A stretch of DNA of 64,000 nt from an uncultured delta proteobacterium. Its GTDB lineage: Bacteria > Myxococcota > Myxococcia > Myxococcales > Myxococcaceae. Each line of letters begins with the position of its first letter. Positions within the stretch are counted from its first letter, which is position 1. The notes beneath the pieces are model-generated. The model worked only from the letters and a program-made list of their open reading frames with translations. It was not told where the DNA came from and searched no databases. Below, in pieces: positions 29,666 through 39,626 of this stretch. The stretch lies in contig CAVQKE010000003.1 of assembly GCA_963713045.1 (NCBI GenBank), forward strand, positions 544,001 through 608,000, given 5' to 3'. A program made the position numbers and the translations under genes.

Positions 29666-30805
29666 CTATGCGACCGCGCGCTGGAGTACCACCCAGCTGC
29701 TGGCCGCCGCCAACGCCGCCCAGCGCGCAGCCTCCAGCGGCAGCGCCCACCGACGCAGCTCCAACAGTCCCCCGAGGCTGGCCAGGCTGAGCAGCAGCAG
29801 TCCCACCCCGCCCACCTGCCAGGGCAACGGCAGCGCCTGTCCCCACATGACAAGGGCAAAGGCGCCGAGGACGACGAGGGCGAAATTGGCGAAGACATAG
29901 GCGCTGCGGGTCGGCCCGGGGTGCACTTCGTACTTCGCTTCCGAGGTGCCGGGCAGGCCACGCAGCTCTCCCGGCGACCCGAGCCACTCCGGGCGCCAGG
30001 ACGGAGAGGCCACCAGCAGCCGGAGCGCGGCGCCGGCCGAGGGAGCGCGGGCGGCCTCGCCGAAGAGGGACACCCAGGGCTGCACCTGCGCCCACAGGGA
30101 GTTGAAGCTGCGCAAGGGGTGACTCACCCCGTAGACGCAGCGTTCCTGCTCCGGGGCGAAGGTGCCGAAGAGGCGGTCCCAGAGGATGAAGGTGCCGGCG
30201 TAGTTGCGGTCCAGGTATTGAGGGTTGACGGCATGGTGGACGCGGTGGTGGGAGGGGGTGTTGAGGACTGCCTCCAGGGGGCCGCAGCTGCGCACCAACT
30301 CGGTGTGAATCCAAAACTGGTACAGCGTCACCAGCGCGTCCACCACCGCAAAGGGCACCAGCGGGACGCCCAGCACCGCCAGCGGCAGGTAGAAGGGCAG
30401 CACAGTGAGGGGGGACAAAATGGCCTGCCGCAGCGCCACGGCGAGGTTGTAGTCCTCGCTTTGGTGGTGCACCACGTGCACCGCCCACATGAAGTTGACT
30501 TCATGCGACAGCCGGTGCCACCAGTAGTAGCCGAGCTCCACCCCGACGACGGCCAGGGCCCACGGCCACAGGCTGCCCTGCGGGAAGGTGATGAGCCGGG
30601 CCTTCTGGTAGACCAGCGCGTAGACGCCCAACACCGCCGCCGCCGCCAGCACCAGCACCGCCCGCTGGCCGATGCCGCAGCCCAAGTCCGCCAGGGCGTC
30701 CGCCAGGCGGTACACCCGGACGCCGCGGCGATGGGCGACGAGAAGTTCGACCGCGATGAAGAAAAAGAAGGCCGGGATGGCCAGGGCGATGAGGTTGGGA
30801 CCCAC
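29666..30805 (-). CDS. Sterol desaturase / fatty-acid hydroxylase family (alkylglycerol monooxygenase-like)
   Basis: His boxes YYWWHRLSHE, HVVHHQSE, YQFWIHTE and TPSHHRVHH; DRNYAG..ILWDRLFGTF. Confidence 0.92.
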   Translation of the reverse strand: MGPNLIALAIPAFFFFIAVELLVAHRRGVRVYRLADALADLGCGIGQRAVLVLAAAAVLGVYALVYQKARLITFPQGSLWPWALAVVGVELGYYWWHRLSHEVNFMWAVHVVHHQSEDYNLAVALRQAILSPLTVLPFYLPLAVLGVPLVPFAVVDALVTLYQFWIHTELVRSCGPLEAVLNTPSHHRVHHAVNPQYLDRNYAGTFILWDRLFGTFAPEQERCVYGVSHPLRSFNSLWAQVQPWVSLFGEAARAPSAGAALRLLVASPSWRPEWLGSPGELRGLPGTSEAKYEVHPGPTRSAYVFANFALVVLGAFALVMWGQALPLPWQVGGVGLLLLSLASLGGLLELRRWALPLEAARWAALAAASSWVVLQRAVA

Positions 30806-30869
30806 GGGACTCCAGGCCCCCGAGTGTACCCAGCCGAAGGCAGCTTGGGCGAGACTGGCTGCCTTCCCG

Positions 30870-31361
30870 ATGAGTAAGGCCTTTACCAAGGAGGGCGAGG
30901 GCGAGGAGGCCCCCGTCGCACGTCCCCGGCCACGCGGCCGCCGCCTTCTCACCGAGGAGGGCCACGCCCGCGCCCGGGAGGAGGTTGAGCGGCTGCGCGA
31001 CGTCGAGCGGCAAGCCCTGTTGGCCGACACCTCGGCCGACGCCCGGCAAAAGCTGCGCCGTGTGGAGGAGCGACTGCGCGAGCTGGCGTCCCTTCTGGAG
31101 GCAGCCGAGGTGGTGCCAGCCCCGACCGAGACGGGGCGCGCCACCTTCGGGGCCTACGTCACCACCGAGGACGCCTCCGGCCAGCGCACCACCGTGCGCC
31201 TGGTGGGGCCGGACGAAGCCAACCCCAAGGAAGGACTCCTCAGCGTGGCCTCGCCGTTGGGCCGGGCGCTGCTCGGCCGACGCCCGGGAGACCTGGCGCT
31301 GGTGGAACGCCCCAAGGGCCCCACCGAAGTCCGGGTGGTGGCCGTCCACAGCCGACGTTGA
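30870..31361 (+). CDS. GreA/GreB family protein (short N-terminal hairpin)
   Basis: MSKAFTKE start; FGAYVT, LVGPDEA.P..G.LSVASPLGRALLG C-terminal domain. Confidence 0.85.
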   Translation: MSKAFTKEGEGEEAPVARPRPRGRRLLTEEGHARAREEVERLRDVERQALLADTSADARQKLRRVEERLRELASLLEAAEVVPAPTETGRATFGAYVTTEDASGQRTTVRLVGPDEANPKEGLLSVASPLGRALLGRRPGDLALVERPKGPTEVRVVAVHSRR

Positions 31362-31521
31362 CGCCCGGGCCTCGGCCTCCTTTCCAAAACGTCTGCTGGC
31401 GAACACCTCCGGCGGCCGGCCCACTGGGGTCCAAGGGGAGCTTGACGGCGTCCCGGCCCCTTGTTACCGCTGGAAACATTGGATGTTGTCTGCGTCAACA
31501 TCCAGGCCCAGGGGTGGTCTC

Positions 31522-32571
31522 ATGGCTGGTTTCCGCGTCGGAGTGTGGCTTCTTGTGGCAGGGGAAGTCCTGGCGGGCTGTGGCCGCAGCGTGGCGTCCC
31601 CGCAGCCGCCGCCGGCGGCCGGCGCCGGGGTGGCCATCCGCACAGCACCGGTGGTGGAGGGGCGGCTGGTGCGGCACGTGCGCAGTTCTGGCCGCCTTCA
31701 AGGCAAGCAGGAAATGGTTCTCGCCTTCCGCAACGCCGGGACGGTGCGGCAGCTTCTGGTGGACAGCGGCACGACAGTGCGCAAGGGGCAGGCCTTGGCG
31801 ACGTTGGACCGCACCGAGTCCGAAGCGCAGCTGGTGCAGGCCGAGGCCGCCTTCACCAAGGCCCGGCGCGACGTGGACCGGGCCGAAAGGCAAAAGGCGG
31901 GCGGCGCCATCTCGGTGGCGGACTTTCAAAATTTTCACACCGCCCTCGACCAGGCCGAAGCCGGCCTGCGGCAGGCGCGCTACCGGGACGAGGTTGCCGT
32001 GCTGCGGGCGCCCGACGACGGCTTGGTGCAGCGGCGACTGGTGGAAGCGCATGAGCAGGTGGCCGCCGCCCAGCCGGTCCTGACGCTGCGGGCGGCCGGC
32101 CGCGGGTGGGTGACGCGGGTGGGCCTCATCGACCGAGACGCCGTCCAGGTGCGCCTGGGAGACCCGGCCGACGTTCGCTTCGATGCCTTCCCGGGCCGCA
32201 GCTTCCCCGGCCGGGTGACGGAGATGGCCGGCGCCCCCAACCCCCTCACCGGAACGTACGAAGTCGAAGTGTCGGTGGAGGCCCAAGGGGCGAATCTCCT
32301 GTCCGGCTTGGTGGCCAAGGTGGACATCTCCCCTTCGCTGGCGCCCCTCGTCCGCTCGGTGCCCATCGAGGCGGTGGTGGAGGGAAACGGGCTTCAGGCC
32401 GCCGTCTTCGTCGCCCAAGCGGACGCGACCGCGCGCCGGGTGCCCATCCGCGTCGCCTTCATTGAGGGCAACCAGGTGGCGGTCGCCAGCGGCCTGGAAG
32501 CGGTGACCGAAGTCGTCACCGAGGGTGCTGGCTTCCTCGCCCCCGGCACCCCGGTGCGGCGCGTTCCGTAG
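31522..32571 (+). CDS. RND efflux periplasmic adaptor (MFP) lipoprotein
   Basis: LAGC lipobox, GTVRQLLVDSG..VRKGQALATLD, LRAPDDG, VPIEAVV; precedes an RND permease. Confidence 0.92.
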   Translation: MAGFRVGVWLLVAGEVLAGCGRSVASPQPPPAAGAGVAIRTAPVVEGRLVRHVRSSGRLQGKQEMVLAFRNAGTVRQLLVDSGTTVRKGQALATLDRTESEAQLVQAEAAFTKARRDVDRAERQKAGGAISVADFQNFHTALDQAEAGLRQARYRDEVAVLRAPDDGLVQRRLVEAHEQVAAAQPVLTLRAAGRGWVTRVGLIDRDAVQVRLGDPADVRFDAFPGRSFPGRVTEMAGAPNPLTGTYEVEVSVEAQGANLLSGLVAKVDISPSLAPLVRSVPIEAVVEGNGLQAAVFVAQADATARRVPIRVAFIEGNQVAVASGLEAVTEVVTEGAGFLAPGTPVRRVP

Positions 32572-32582
32572 AAGGGGGGCAC

Positions 32583-35500
32583 ATGGACGTCGTGGAATTC
32601 AGCGTCAAGCGCTACCAATTCACGGTGGTGGTCTTCCTCATGCTGGTGGCCCTCGGGGTGAGTTCTCTCTTCTCCATCGCCAAGGCCGAGGACCCGACGT
32701 TCCCCTACCCCAACTTCAGCGTGGTGGCCGTCTACCCAGGCTCCAGCCCGGCGGACATCGAAAAGCTCATCGTCGACCCAGTCGAAACCAAGCTGAAGGC
32801 GCTCGACGACGTGAAGACGCTGAAGACAGAAATCTCCGACGGCCTGGCGGTCATCGCGATTGAATTCACCGCCGGCACCGACGCCGACAAGAAGTACGAC
32901 GATGTGCTGAGAGAACTCAACGCGCTGCGGGCGGACCTGCCGACAGACTTGCAGTCGCTGAAGGTGGAGAAATTCAACGCGGCCGACGTCAACATCCTCC
33001 AGGTGGCGCTGGTGTCCGAGACGGCCAGCTACCGGGAGCTGGCCGAACGGGCCGACCGGCTGCGGAAGCGGCTGGAAAACCAGCCCGGGGTGAAGGAAGC
33101 CAAACGCTGGGCTTTCCCCTCGCAGGAGGTGCGCGTCTCACTCGACTTGGAGCGGCTGGCAGCGCTGGGAGTCACGCCGCTGCAAGTCATCGCCGCCATC
33201 CAAGCCACCAACATCAACATTCCGGCGGGAAGCGTCGACATTGGCCGGCGGAAATTCAACGTCAAGACCAGCGGGGACTACAGCTCGCTGGAGCAAGTGG
33301 GGGACACGGTGGTGGCCGGGGACCGGGGGAGCCTGGTCCACCTGCGCGACGTGGCCGAGGTGGCGGTTCAGGACGAGGACGCCAATTACCTCGGCCGCTA
33401 CAACGGAGAGCGGGCCATCTTCGTCACCGCCAGCATGAAGGAGCGCCAGAATATTTTTCAGGTGCGCGACCGGCTGTGGAAGGAGCTCGACGGCTTTGAG
33501 AGCGAGTTGCCCAAAGGCATGCGGCTCGAACGTGGCTTTGACCAGTCGCGCAATGTCTCCCAGCGGCTGAGCGGCTTCAGTCGAGACTTCGCCATCGCCA
33601 TCGTCCTGGTGCTCCTCACCCTGCTTCCCTTGGGCCTGCGGGCCTCGGTGGTGGTGATGATTTCCATCCCCCTCAGCCTCGCCATCGGGGTGGCGCTGCT
33701 GCACCTCACCGGCTTCACCATCAACCAGCTGAGCGTCGTCGGCTTCGTCATCGCGCTCGGCCTGTTGGTGGATGACTCCATCGTGGTGGTGGAGAACATC
33801 AGCCGGTTTCTACGGATGGGCCACAGCCGACGCGAGGCCGCGGTGCTGGCCACCCGGCAGATTGGCGTCTCGGTCATTGGCTGCACGGCCACCCTGGTCT
33901 TCGCCTTCCTCCCGCTGTTGTTTCTGCCTGGCGCGCCGGGACTCTTCATCCGCAGCATGCCGGTGGCGGTGGTGTTCACCATCCTCGCCTCGCTGCTGGT
34001 CTCCCTCACCATCATCCCCTTCCTGGCCAGTCTGCTCCTCCAGGAAACGCACCAAACGCACGGAAACCTCTTCATGCGGGCGCTTTTGCGGCTGGTCGAC
34101 GGCAGCTACCGGCAGGTGCTGCACACCGCCCTGCGCCGGCCAGGCGCCACCTTGGGGGTGGCGGCGGCCCTCTTCGTCGGCAGCCTGGCACTCATCCCAG
34201 CAGTGGGCTTCAGCCTCTTTCCCAAAGCCGGCATCCCGGAGTTCCGGGTGACGGTGGAGACGCCTGACGGCAGTAGCCTCGCCGAGACGGACCGCGCCGT
34301 CCGCTTCGTCGAGGGTGTGCTGGCGCAAGTGCCGGAGGTGAAAAGTGTCATGGCCAACGTCGGCCACGGCAACCCGCGCGTCTACTACAACGTCCCTGCC
34401 AAGAATGAGAAGAACAACGTCGGGGAACTCTTCGTCCTGCTCAGCCACCTGGACGCAAAACACGCCAGCGCCCTCTTCGACCGGCTCCGCGCAACCTTCG
34501 ATGGCTACCCCAATGCCAAGATTGAGCTGAAGGAATTCGAGCAAGGGCCGCCGTTGGACGCGCCGGTTGCGGTCCGCATCATCGGCGAGCGGCTCGACAC
34601 CCTGGACCACATCGCGGCCGAAGTGGAAACCGCCATGCGCCAGACGGCGGGCACCGCCTATGTCCGAAACCCATCTCGAGACCGGAAGACCGACTTGCGC
34701 GTCGCCATCGACCGCGACAAGGCGGCCCTCTACGGCGTGCAGCTGGTGGACGTCGACCGAAGCGTCCGGATGGGGCTGGCCGGCATCCAGGTGGGGCGCT
34801 ACCGAGCCGACGGCCAGGTGGAGGACGCCTTCAACGTCAACGTGGCGCTCCCCCGGGCCACTTCCAAGCAGTCCCTGGACGCGCTCAGCCGCGTCTACGT
34901 CCCCAGCCAGGCCGGCGCGCAAGTCCCCCTTGGGCAGCTGAGCGCGCTCGAATTCGAGGCGTCCCCGGCCACCATCAACCACTTCAACAAGGAGCGAAGC
35001 GTCACCGTCACCTCCGACGTGGCCACCGGTTACAACACCGACCGCGTGACGCGCGCCGTCCTCAGCCGACTCGCTCAACTCCAGTTGCCGGCGGGCTACC
35101 GCCTGGTGGCGGCCGGCGAAATTGAAAGCCGGCAGGAGAGCTTCGGGGGCCTGGGTTCGGCCATCATCGTCGCCGCCTTCGGCGTCCTGGCGGTGTTGGT
35201 CCTTGAATTCCGCACCTTCAAGAGTACCCTCATCGTGGCCAGCGTCATCCCCTTGGGCATCATCGGCGGCGTGCTGGCGCTTTTCCTCTCCGGCAACACC
35301 CTGTCCTTCACCGCCACCATCGGCTTTGTGGCCCTGCTGGGCATCGAAGTGAAAAACAGCATTCTCTTGGTGGACTTCACCAACCAGCTTCGGGCCAAGG
35401 GCGTCCCGTTGGACCAGGCCATTGAAGAGGCGGGCGAGACGCGTTTCGTCCCCATCCTGCTCACCACCCTGACCGCACTGGGCGGCCTCATCCCGCTGGC

Positions 35501-35642
35501 TCTCGAAGGCAGCTCGCTCTACTCGCCTCTGGCGCTGGTCATCATCGGGGGCCTGGTGACGTCCACCGTGCTGACCCGCGTCGTCACGCCGGTGGTGTAC
35601 AAGCTGCTGGCGCCGGCGGTGGAACTGACCGCGACGAGTTGA
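32583..35642 (+). CDS. RND efflux transporter permease (AcrB/CzcA superfamily)
   Basis: 1019 aa; YPGSSPADIE, IALGLLVDDSIVVVENI, VKNSILLVDF, RFVPILLTTLT. Confidence 0.95.
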   Translation: MDVVEFSVKRYQFTVVVFLMLVALGVSSLFSIAKAEDPTFPYPNFSVVAVYPGSSPADIEKLIVDPVETKLKALDDVKTLKTEISDGLAVIAIEFTAGTDADKKYDDVLRELNALRADLPTDLQSLKVEKFNAADVNILQVALVSETASYRELAERADRLRKRLENQPGVKEAKRWAFPSQEVRVSLDLERLAALGVTPLQVIAAIQATNINIPAGSVDIGRRKFNVKTSGDYSSLEQVGDTVVAGDRGSLVHLRDVAEVAVQDEDANYLGRYNGERAIFVTASMKERQNIFQVRDRLWKELDGFESELPKGMRLERGFDQSRNVSQRLSGFSRDFAIAIVLVLLTLLPLGLRASVVVMISIPLSLAIGVALLHLTGFTINQLSVVGFVIALGLLVDDSIVVVENISRFLRMGHSRREAAVLATRQIGVSVIGCTATLVFAFLPLLFLPGAPGLFIRSMPVAVVFTILASLLVSLTIIPFLASLLLQETHQTHGNLFMRALLRLVDGSYRQVLHTALRRPGATLGVAAALFVGSLALIPAVGFSLFPKAGIPEFRVTVETPDGSSLAETDRAVRFVEGVLAQVPEVKSVMANVGHGNPRVYYNVPAKNEKNNVGELFVLLSHLDAKHASALFDRLRATFDGYPNAKIELKEFEQGPPLDAPVAVRIIGERLDTLDHIAAEVETAMRQTAGTAYVRNPSRDRKTDLRVAIDRDKAALYGVQLVDVDRSVRMGLAGIQVGRYRADGQVEDAFNVNVALPRATSKQSLDALSRVYVPSQAGAQVPLGQLSALEFEASPATINHFNKERSVTVTSDVATGYNTDRVTRAVLSRLAQLQLPAGYRLVAAGEIESRQESFGGLGSAIIVAAFGVLAVLVLEFRTFKSTLIVASVIPLGIIGGVLALFLSGNTLSFTATIGFVALLGIEVKNSILLVDFTNQLRAKGVPLDQAIEEAGETRFVPILLTTLTALGGLIPLALEGSSLYSPLALVIIGGLVTSTVLTRVVTPVVYKLLAPAVELTATS

Positions 35643-35652
35643 GAGGTTGCCG

Positions 35653-36300
35653 ATGGCCGAACTGCGCCTCAGCGTGGACGCCTTTTGGACGAGCCCCTAC
35701 GCCTTCAGCGCCTTTGTCGCGCTGAAGGAGAAGGGGCTTCACTTTGACGTTGAAGAAGTGGCGCTGCACCGCAGGGAGCATCGCCGCCCCGAGGCCGTGG
35801 CCGCCTCACTCACCGGACGCGTCCCAGTGTTGTGGCACCAGGGCTGGACGCTCTCAGAGAGCAGCGCCATCGCGGAGTACCTGGAGGAGACCTTCCCCCA
35901 TCCGGGCCATCCACCTCTCTTTCCGCAGGACGTGCGCGAGCGAGCCCGGGCCCGACAGCTGATGTCTTGGGTGCGCAGCGACCTAGTGCCCATTCGCGAG
36001 GAGCGGCCCACCCCGACCCTCTTCTACGAGGAAATGGACGTCGCGCCGCTCTCCACCGCCGCCCAGGGCTCGGCAGCGCGGCTGCTGGCGGTCGCCGACG
36101 CACTCATCTCCCCGGAGCGAACGACGCTCTTTTCCGCCTTCTGCATCGCCGATGCCGACTTCGCGCTGATGCTGCTTCGCCTGTTGTGGAATGCCCACCC
36201 GGCGCCAAGAAAGGTCCAACGGTACGTCGAGGCCCAATGGGCCAGGCCCTCGGTGCGCGAGTGGGTGGAGCACAAGCGAGCGCCCTACGTCCCTTATTAG
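35653..36300 (+). CDS. Glutathione S-transferase (YfcF-like)
   Basis: FWTSPYAFSAFVALKEKG, SLTGRVPVL, LSESSAIAEYLEE, RARARQLMSWVRSDL. Confidence 0.9.
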   Translation: MAELRLSVDAFWTSPYAFSAFVALKEKGLHFDVEEVALHRREHRRPEAVAASLTGRVPVLWHQGWTLSESSAIAEYLEETFPHPGHPPLFPQDVRERARARQLMSWVRSDLVPIREERPTPTLFYEEMDVAPLSTAAQGSAARLLAVADALISPERTTLFSAFCIADADFALMLLRLLWNAHPAPRKVQRYVEAQWARPSVREWVEHKRAPYVPY

Positions 36301-36625
36301 GAACGCTCGCAGCGACAAAGGCCCCACCAGGTGGCGGGCTGACGAGGCGCCGTGCTCGTCGGCTTGGGGCAACCAGGCTGGGCCAGAGTCTCCCAACGGT
36401 CCCATCCAGTCGGAGTTTTGTGCGCTGATTTTGAGCGTTCCAGACCTTCTTGCGCTTCCAAATTTTCCAGCCGTTCCACCCGAAAAATGTGGAAGAGCGG
36501 GGTCGTCCCTTGTAATTCCGAGACGTTCCGTCGAGCGCATAGCGAATGGAGCCCAGCTGGCAAGCGCCGCGGCTCGGCCTTTGCAAGGTTCTTGAGACCT
36601 CTTCCGCTCTCTCCCGGAGCTGTGT

Positions 36626-38428
36626 ATGGGCCGCACGCTTCCGATTGCCCGCTTTCAGGCACGCACGGTCCCGGGCCTCTTATCCGACACCGCGCGCCGG
36701 GTACCGGACCGCCTTTTGTTTCGCTTCCTGGACCCAGCGCAGCGCGGCGCACCGCCACGCCAGGTGCGCTTCTCCGACTTTCGGGACATGGTGTGCCGCG
36801 CCGCGGCATTCCTCGAGTCGGCGGGGGTTGGCCCGGGCACACGGGTGCTGCTGCTGGCCGAAAACTCCCCGGAGTGGCAGGCGCTGGCAGTGGCCAGCCA
36901 GCTGCTCCGTGCCGAGCCAGCCGCGCTCTTCGCCAGCCTGGGCAGCGCACCGGTTGTCGACATTGCTCTGCGCGTGAAGCCACGCATCGCCTTCGTCTCC
37001 ACGCCAGAGCAATGGGCGAAGCTTGCTCCCGTCGCCGCGGACCTCGCCCGGAAGGGGCTGGTGGCGGTGGTTTCCGCCCAGCCCTTGGCTGCCGGTGCTC
37101 TTCCCGAGGGTGTCCGCGCGGTGACGCTTGCCTCCGTCCTCGGCGAAGGTGCTGCCAGTCTGACAAGGGCCGACTTCGAAGCCCGCGCCGCGGCGCTGCG
37201 CGAGGAAGACCCCTTCCTACTCCTCTTCACCAGCGGCACCACCGGACGGCAGAAGGGGGTGCGCCTTTGCCACGGTACCATCGTCCGCGCTCTCGACGCC
37301 GGCGGGGCGGCCACCCGGCGCACGGAGGCCGACGTCGGCTTGCACCTGTTGCCCTTCGGGCACATCGCCGGGCACGACCAATTTGTGCTGGCGGTGGCCC
37401 AGGGGCACACGCTGTTGCTCATCGCCAACCGCGATGACCTCCTCAGCGCCCTGGCGCTCCACCCGACCTACCTCTTCTCCGTCCCCTTGGTTTACGAGCG
37501 CATCCGCATGCGCGCCATGGAGCAGGTGGACGCGCTGCCCGGGCCGCTCCGCCGCTTCGTCTACCGTGCCCTCAAGGCGGCCAACCGCGTGCGTGTCGAC
37601 CACACGCCGCGCCTTGGGGATGGGCTTCTGACGCTGGTCGCCGACGCCCTGCTGGGACGCAAGGTGCGCGCCGCGCTCGGGGGTCGCGTGGAGGGAGTCT
37701 TCGCCGGGGGCGCTCCTTCCTCCGAGGCGTTGTTTCGCTTCTTCGAGGCGCTCGGCATCCCGATGGTCGAGCTCTACGGCATGAGCGAGACCGCAGGGAT
37801 GATTTCCTCCAACCTGTTCGAGGGCCCGCGTCGTCCAGGCGTCGCGGGGTTATTGACGCCTGACCACGAAGCGCGGCTCGCCGAGGACGGCGAGCTGCTC
37901 TTGCGCGGGCCCCTCCTGCTCACCAGCTACCTCGAAGCGGAGGATGGCGCCGGCGCCTACACCGAGGACGGCTTCTTCAAGACGGGCGACTTGGCGGAGC
38001 TGGACGCCGAGGGCTGGCTGCGGGTTGTGGGACGCAAGAAGCACCTCATGGTGCTCTCCACCGGGAAAAAAATTCCGCCCGAGCCGCTGGAGACGGCCAT
38101 TGCCTCGACGAAACCGTTTGAAGGGGCGGTGCTGCTGGGAGACGGATACGCCTACGTGACCGCCGCCGTCTTCGTCTCCCGCGAGCACCTGTCCCGGCTT
38201 GCTGCCGAGGGGCATGACCCAGCCCAGGCCCTGCTGCCAGTGGCCCTGGAGCCGCTGTCCGCGTTTTCGGACTACGAGAAGCCGAAGCGGTTGCTCGTCA
38301 TTCCCGGAACGCCCACCGACTACCCCGACCTCATTACCCCCACGCTCAAGCTCCGCCGCCCGGCAGTGCTCCGCTGGTTGAAGGCTGAAATTGCCGCGCT
38401 GTACGCGGCCCCCAAGACAGCGGCGTAG
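36626..38428 (+). CDS. AMP-dependent synthetase, long-chain acyl-CoA ligase type
   Basis: FTSGTTGRQKGV, YGMSET, FFKTGDL, GRKKHL..LSTGKKI.P, TPTLKLRR. Confidence 0.92.
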   Translation: MGRTLPIARFQARTVPGLLSDTARRVPDRLLFRFLDPAQRGAPPRQVRFSDFRDMVCRAAAFLESAGVGPGTRVLLLAENSPEWQALAVASQLLRAEPAALFASLGSAPVVDIALRVKPRIAFVSTPEQWAKLAPVAADLARKGLVAVVSAQPLAAGALPEGVRAVTLASVLGEGAASLTRADFEARAAALREEDPFLLLFTSGTTGRQKGVRLCHGTIVRALDAGGAATRRTEADVGLHLLPFGHIAGHDQFVLAVAQGHTLLLIANRDDLLSALALHPTYLFSVPLVYERIRMRAMEQVDALPGPLRRFVYRALKAANRVRVDHTPRLGDGLLTLVADALLGRKVRAALGGRVEGVFAGGAPSSEALFRFFEALGIPMVELYGMSETAGMISSNLFEGPRRPGVAGLLTPDHEARLAEDGELLLRGPLLLTSYLEAEDGAGAYTEDGFFKTGDLAELDAEGWLRVVGRKKHLMVLSTGKKIPPEPLETAIASTKPFEGAVLLGDGYAYVTAAVFVSREHLSRLAAEGHDPAQALLPVALEPLSAFSDYEKPKRLLVIPGTPTDYPDLITPTLKLRRPAVLRWLKAEIAALYAAPKTAA

Positions 38429-38570
38429 GAGCGCTCGGCAGGCGAAAGGCAAGGACGCCTTCTGATGCCAAGCTGGGGCGGCTGTTCATGTCGTCCGGAA
38501 GGTGCTGCGCCGCCGGGACCCGAAGCTGACGGCCAATGTCTACGTATCCCGCACCCCTTTGAAGTCGGGC

Positions 38571-38603
38571 CACCCTTAAGACCCCTTAAGACCCCCTAAG
38601 ACC
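38571..38603. repeat. Tandem 10-bp repeat, three copies
   Basis: cacccttaag accccttaag accccctaag acc; a related cccctaagac at 38738-38747. Confidence 0.8.
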
Positions 38604-38781
38604 AATGCCGATCACTCAGGGACGTTTGAGCCTAATGCCGGATCAGAACCATCGACGGCCCCTTTGTGCAGATCGGACGCTGGCTTGGCGTGGCGATCAG
38701 CCGCGCCAGCCCAATGGGCCTTAACTGAACGGCATTGCCCCTAAGACGCGGTTGAGCACGCTGCGGACAGGTGGTGAAGCG

Positions 38782-38844
38782 ATGGAAGGCGAGATTCCGG
38801 AGGACCTTCAACGCTGGACGGCGAGACGCAGGGTGGCGCTCGTT
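38782..38844 (+). pseudogene. IS3-type transposase OrfA (DUF1153-like) N-terminal fragment
   Basis: Translates MEGEIPEDLQRWTARRRVALV (RWTAxRxxALV motif), then breaks off. Confidence 0.6.
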
Positions 38845-38939
38845 CGAGGGTGAGGTACTCATGGCGCATCCGCTTGGCATCCTGCAGCGCCTGGCGAAAG
38901 CCGGCTTGCAGCTCCCTGGCGATCAGGGGGGGTGGCCAC
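38843..38939 (-). pseudogene. clpA: clpA 5' fragment
   Basis: Translates PLIARELQAGFRQALQDAKRMRHEYLTLE (Clp N-domain RHEYxTLEH motif); AGGAG RBS upstream; GTG start out of frame by 1; truncated. Confidence 0.7.
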
Positions 38940-38959
38940 GTCAGGTCTCCTAGGATGTC

Positions 38960-39103
38960 TCAGGCGCTTTCACTGTCAGGCGCTTGGCGCCAGCGAGTTG
39001 GACCAGCTGCTCCAGCGTTTCGTATGGCTGGGCGCCGACGACTGCGCGACCGCCGGCGACGAAGGTGGGGGACACTGGTGACGCCCAGGGCACGCGCGTG
39101 CGC
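38960..39103 (-). pseudogene. DsbA/FrnE-family oxidoreductase 3' fragment
   Basis: ARALGVTSVP / (frameshift in C run) TFVAGGRAVVGAQPYETLEQLVQLAGAKRL. Confidence 0.65.
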
Positions 39104-39626
39104 CCAATCTTGTGCGCAGTCGCGACGGCAAAATCACCACGTTCGACGTCCCCGACGCGGGAGGTACCTACCCCGCGAGCATCAACTTGGAAGGGGCAGT
39201 CACTTGGGACTTACCTAGGACTGATTGACAACATCGAGCACGCCTTGGTGCATGCTTCGCAAGAAACTGAAGCAAGGCGTGCCGTCGGAGGGGAATTTCA
39301 CGAGCTCCGAGCGGGCGGCAATCGAGGCCTCGACAGCGCGTCGGCCTCACACCGTCTTGAGCGCGCCATAACCTGTCCAGCGAAGCCATGACTTCCTCGT
39401 TGAAGGTCAAGCATCTCGGCTCTCCGGAGACCAGATGACCATCGAGAGGAGTTTCTTGGACCGTTGCCTTCGACGCGTGCTTCTCCCCAAGGGATTATTC
39501 TCCTTTCAACGACTCGGGGCCTTCGCCGCGGACACGCCCCTGGCCGCTTGACGAGGTTGAGAAATTCCAGAGCGCGACCACATCTCGTTCATCTCAAAGC
39601 TCGCGATTGCCCTCGCCGCCAGCCTG

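Noticed and set aside
28569..30488. 639-aa extended AI-2E protein (also the N-terminal extensions of the J-domain, desaturase and MFP ORFs)
   Set aside because: The extensions overlap better-supported neighbouring genes and are low-information Gly/Arg/Pro sequence; starts were trimmed.
38428..38434. GGAGCGC as a third att copy marking the left island end
   Set aside because: Only a 7-bp match in GC-rich DNA, with no T-arm sequence.
38571..38747. CRISPR array
   Set aside because: The units are 10 bp with no spacers, and no cas genes are present.
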